Part shown: positions 59,219 through 64,000 of the stretch, piece by piece
How positions within the stretch are numbered: position 1 is the first letter of the stretch
Layout of the letters: every line of letters starts with the position of its first letter
NCBI GenBank assembly: GCA_964016885.1
Contig: OZ024740.1
Location: forward strand, 63,922,001-63,986,000
Length of the DNA: 64,000 bases
Direction: 5' to 3'
Source: Eledone cirrhosa
Lineage: Eukaryota
Notes under the pieces: generated by a model
Databases searched by the model: none
Told to the model about the DNA's origin: nothing
The model's input: only the letters and a program-made list of their open reading frames with translations
Position numbers and translations under genes: made by a program

Positions 59219-62200
59219 CTTTCTTTATTAACCACAAGGGTTTACATAAAGTAGACATTAAGGACAGTACAGGACAATACAGGACGGTACAAATGGGCAT
59301 ATCTGCGTGTAAAAACAAAAACAGAGGATGGAACAAAAAATAACAATGAAAAATTCCCCAATAGGGGGAGACTTCGGAGGGACATTTGTGGAGAAAGCCC
59401 ATTAAAAGGTCACAGTGACCCTGACCACCAGGGCAAGTGCCCTCTCCCAGTTTTCCACCTTTAATTTACAGACACATACTCAGAGTAGGCCCATTCACTC
59501 GGGCCATACTTGCTTCTCTCACCCATCTTTCAACAAAATGCTGGGAAGAGAGCACTTCCCTCTCTACCCTGATTTTCCTTTCCAAATGAAATTTGAAAAA
59601 GTTAATCAGGGCATCACCGAAGAGGTAAGTGCTCGTCTTCAGCCCTTTCAAACGTGTCCACCATATTATCTCTTTCGCCATGGCCACCAGACAGATACAA
59701 ACTGCCTGCCCTTCCCGGCTAAAGAAAGAGGGTGGGGAAATCCTCACGAGGGACTCAGCTGATAGCTGGATCCGTCCTACACGCGACAGCAGGTGTTCGA
59801 CATAAACCCACAAGTCAGCAATACTCGGACATTGGATGAGTGCGTGCAGGACGGTTTCGTCGCCCTGCGCGCATCTCGGACATGCCCGGCTGACGGCACC
59901 TCCATGCCTGTAGAGTTTATCCCCAACTGGCAAAGCTCCTAAGTAGCACTGCCAGGCCAGGGATTTCTGGAAGTTGTCCATAGGCCCCGGCCCGAAAGTC
60001 CTTCCGAAGAGATTGGCTAGTTGATTTTCGTCGACGCCTAGAGTTTCCCCAAGTACGTCGTCGCTCTTCGCCTCCACTAATCCTCTATAGAACGCAGAGG
60101 TGAAGTTTCCACCGATCACATTGCCCGATTGGTCGAGGGCTGTGAGCGCCTGAAGACATTCTAGTCTCCAAGCACTCCCTCTCGGTCTTCGCTTGACCCA
60201 GGACTGCAGCTCCGTCAAGGAGACGAGCTGGGGAAAAACGCGTCTAGCAAACGGCGACCACACCTGATCACCGTCGAGGAAGAGGTGGAGATGTTGTAGC
60301 CTGAGCGCGTGTCTGCGCATCATCAGCCACGGCATGCCCAGTCCTCCACGTAGCGTGTGTTGACAGCAGATGGACCGCCTGACAATCGGAGCGCGTCTCT
60401 TCCACAAAAAGCGAAAGAGCAAACGCTCCAGCGCAGTCAGGCGGGGCTTAGGACAAGGTACGGCGGTCAGGCAGTAGTAGATGACGGACGCGATGTACGC
60501 GTTAGCCACCTCCGCTCGACCTTTCAGAGATAGCTTCCTCTCCGCCCATTTCTGGGTGAGAGAAGCCACCCTGCTCGTCACCTCGTCCAAGTTTTGTCCG
60601 TCTGGAGGTCTGGACCGAACCAGACCCCTAGCAATTTAACCGGTCCGTCCGTCCAGCGCCCGACGACGCTGTTGGACGGCATGGACCTGCCTCTCCAGGT
60701 GCCGAGCTGCAGGCCCACTGACTTTTCCTGGTTGATCATTGCTCCTGTCACCGCTTCGTATTCTCTTAGTGTAGTGCCGATCGCCTCGATGTGTTTGGCG
60801 TTCGACACCACTACGGTAACATCGTCCACATATGCTGACACGGATCTTCCGCATCCTAGTTCGCGCGGACCCCCCTCAACGTCTCCAGTTTGTGCAGTAA
60901 TGGCTCGAGAGTCAATACGTACAAGAGGGACGAGAGGGGACATCCTTAGCGGACCGAGCGCATGATGTTGAACGGTTCCGAAAGGTGACCGTTTACCATC
61001 ACCACAGAGCAGATGTCGCTGTCCATGGCAGCGATACAGCCTCTGAAGACGAGCCCTAAGCCAGCCGCCTTCAGGACTGCCGCTAGGTAACGATGGTCGA
61101 CCCTATCGAAAGCTTTCGACTGATCTAATTTGATCAGGGACCCACTCGTACCATGTTCCATAGTTACGCTCTCTACGATGTATCGCATGAGGTGGAGGTT
61201 GTCGTGGATGGATCTGTCGGGAATGGCACATGTCTGCGCCTCTCCCACCAGACCACAAACGACAAGCGCCAACCTCATTGCTAGCACCTTGGCCAAAATC
61301 TTGAACTCTGTGTCTAGCAGAGTTATGGGCCTGAAATTATCTATGTTATCCTCCTTGTTCGGATCCTTTTTCAGCAGCACGACCGCTCCTCGGCTCACAG
61401 AGCTGGGAATTCTCCCGTTCTGTTGCCATTTGCAGTAGACGTCCACCAAGAGGCCTCCGAACAAGGCTGGCATCTGTACGTAAAGTTCATAGGGCAGACC
61501 ATCCAAACCAGGTGATTTACCCCTTGTGCAGCCAGTTATTTCCTCCCGTATTTCAGCGGCTGTTATCGGCTTTTCGCAACACTCCGTCCCAGTGGCCGAG
61601 AGCCGCGGCAGTCCGTCGAGGTAGACACTAAAGTCCATCCCTCGATCCGGCCCGCCGCTGCCCCCGACACGGCTGACCGAAGTGTCGCTGAAAAGCTTCA
61701 TACATTTGCCCGGGTTCGAGTAGCATGCGCCCCTCATGGTCCACCAAAGACAGGATCGTGGCTTTGTTGCCACGACGCGCCTCCGCCACTCGGGCCCATT
61801 GAACGGCTTTCGTCCCCTCGTGTCTGAGAGCACGCACCCTAGCTCTGACAACGCAGCCTTCGTGCTTTGCACTGAAGAATTGGTCAAGGGCCAATTTCTC
61901 GAAAGTACGTCGGTCGCGATGCCTTTGCTAAGCGCCTCGTCTAATTTTCTAACTAGTTCTCCCTCTGCTGTATTTTTCTCTATAGTTAAAACGTTACTAA
62001 TCCTAATGGACTCTATTCTAATCGCTCTTTTCAGAGCAAACCACCACTTGTTGTTGACGATGGCCCCCGTCAACGCTCGCTTAACTAGTTCGCTAATCCG
62101 GTTTCTGTAGGCCTTGCGCGCTGGTAAGGACGCGTTTAACTTCCAGTAGCCCGGTCTTCGTCTATGAAGCCTATTTAAGTCAATCACACAGATCACGAAT

Positions 62201-64000
62201 TTGTGGACCGTGTAGCTGACTATCTTGAATTGTGGACAGCCTATGCTAGACCTATCTATTTGCCTACAAAATACTCTATCTAGATATGATCTGGATGACC
62301 CGATGCTGTTTGTCCAAGTCCACACTGGTACATTCGGGAAATCCACCTGTCAGACAGTTCAAAACGCCTGAGCAGGTTGGTGAGGCTCTTACACCCTCCT
62401 CCCCTATCCGCTAATCCCACACAGTCCCAGCGTGCATCTAAGATCCCGTTCCAGTCGCCCACTAACACTAAAGAGCGGGACGTTCCAAGAAAGGTCTCCA
62501 GAAGCCGGAAGAAATCAGGCCGCCCTGTTCCTGTCGGGGCATAGACGGCCACTAGCCCGAAAGCTTGCCCGTCTCCGCTGCTCACGTCCAGCACCACCAA
62601 CTTAGCTTCTGGGTCCAGGAAGATGGCCCGTATGGCGAGATCCAAACCTCTCAGAAAAAGCACAGCGACTCCTCCCTCCGATCCAGGACGGCTGGGAGAT
62701 GCGTACACATCGTAGCCGCCGAAGATCGGTGCGAAGGCCCGTGCTTCGGAGATTCTGGTCTCGCTGATGATCACTACTTCTATGTTTCGTGACCTGAGGT
62801 CGTTGAGAAGGTGGCCCTGCTTCCATGACGACCCCAAGCCACGCGCATTTATGCTGCCTATTCTGAGTGAGGTCGTGTTGAAATGGAGTGGAAAAGATGG
62901 GAAAGACCACTTACCGTACTTCTCGTAGAGGAAGGATGGGTTCTCCATCCCTTTCCACTTGATCGTCTGGTGAAGGGACCGTTGAATCGGCCCTTCGGCT
63001 GGTCGTCGGCTCTTCTGTGAGTATATCCGAATATACTCTCCGGTTGAGTGTCCCTCCTAGGTCTCTGAAATCACCAACTGCGTTGGTGAATTTCGTTTTA
63101 ATGTTTGTGTATTGTTTCTGTGCTATTCTTACCAGTCTTATGTTCGTTGGTGTTTTTATTGGTGCTGGTATTATGTAGTGGTGCTGTGAAATGTCTGTGT
63201 GTTCAATTATGTAAGTCATTAGTTTCTTGTTGTGTGTATTTATTGCCGTGCATTTCTTTTTCTGGGGGTGGGGTGGGGTTCTGCTATTTTTTTGTCGTTG
63301 TTGCTGGGTGTGTCTGTTTTGTTGTTGTGTTTGCGATGTTGGTGCTTGTGGTGGTGGTGTTGAAGGTGTTGTTGTTGGCGGTGGGGTTGCCGCCGGTGGT
63401 GATGGTGGTGCTAGTGTGGGTGGTGATGGTGTTGGTGGTGTTGCTGCTGTAAGTCTCTTTGCAGTAGCCTTTACCCTTTTTTTCATTTCTTCCCTCCATT
63501 TTCGAAGGCGACGATGCGCTGCTTCTGCGTTTGTGCCTTCTTGCGACCTTTTGCCATCCATCTCCCACCTCACACTCCATGTCCGATTCTGTGAGGTCGG
63601 AGAGGGGTACCAGCTCCACTCTTTCACTTGTCCTTGTTGGTGATGGTTGCAGTGGAGTCTCTGTTGCAGCTGCAGTTGGTATTACTGTTGTTGTTGTTAA
63701 TACTTCCACTGCTGCTGCTGTTCTTGATTTCCGTGGCGTGGGTATGGGTGCCACGGACCTATACTTCCTGCTTGCCGCCTGTCCTGTTGCTGGTAGCAGT
63801 GGAGCCGGTATCGGAAGGAGGGGGGTTTTCTCCTTTCTCAAGTTCTTCTCATTGCAGAAGGCACTGAGGTGAGTCTTCGATCCACAGCGAGAGCATTTCG
63901 GGCGTTTGCCCTCAACACTTATGGGCAGTTGAGTGCCGTTATCGAAGTCTATTACATCCGGTTGGTTTGAATTAACATCTCAATGGAGGTGCCTACCCAA
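59218..64000 (-). mobile_element. Degraded Tx1-like retrotransposon B3, same subfamily as B1 (5' end beyond window)
   Basis: Collinear with B1; multiple frameshifts, YVDD, ORF2 start reads ACG. Confidence 0.93.

Overview
A eukaryotic, AT- and microsatellite-rich 64 kb window made almost entirely of retrotransposons. I can support no host gene. The SINE and microsatellite content resembles octopod cephalopod DNA (inference from recall). Left end (1-18.7 kb, +): four Tx1/L1-group non-LTR elements head-to-tail, each followed by (TATC)n; one copy (1121-6964) has both ORFs intact. Right end (47.2-64 kb, -): three related Tx1 elements head-to-tail, each followed by (ATT)n. Middle: an intact R4/Dong-like RT+RLE element with a (TAA)n flank, a degraded tandem cluster of a second RLE family flanked by (CATA)n, RTE-clade elements with (TATG)n, CRE-like RLE fragments, Penelope-like fragments with hammerhead ribozyme motifs, a 345-bp palindrome carrying two hammerheads, and tandem tRNA-derived SINEs. 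Most notable: (1) each retroelement family is coupled to its own microsatellite and builds mixed-subfamily tandem arrays; (2) a consensus 5' splice site (GTRAGT) overlaps the ORF1 stop codon in five of six Tx1 junctions despite different reading phases, with a candidate acceptor at or next to the ORF2 stop, so all of ORF2 may behave as an intron; (3) a 3'UTR hairpin and terminal motif are conserved across both Tx1 arrays.
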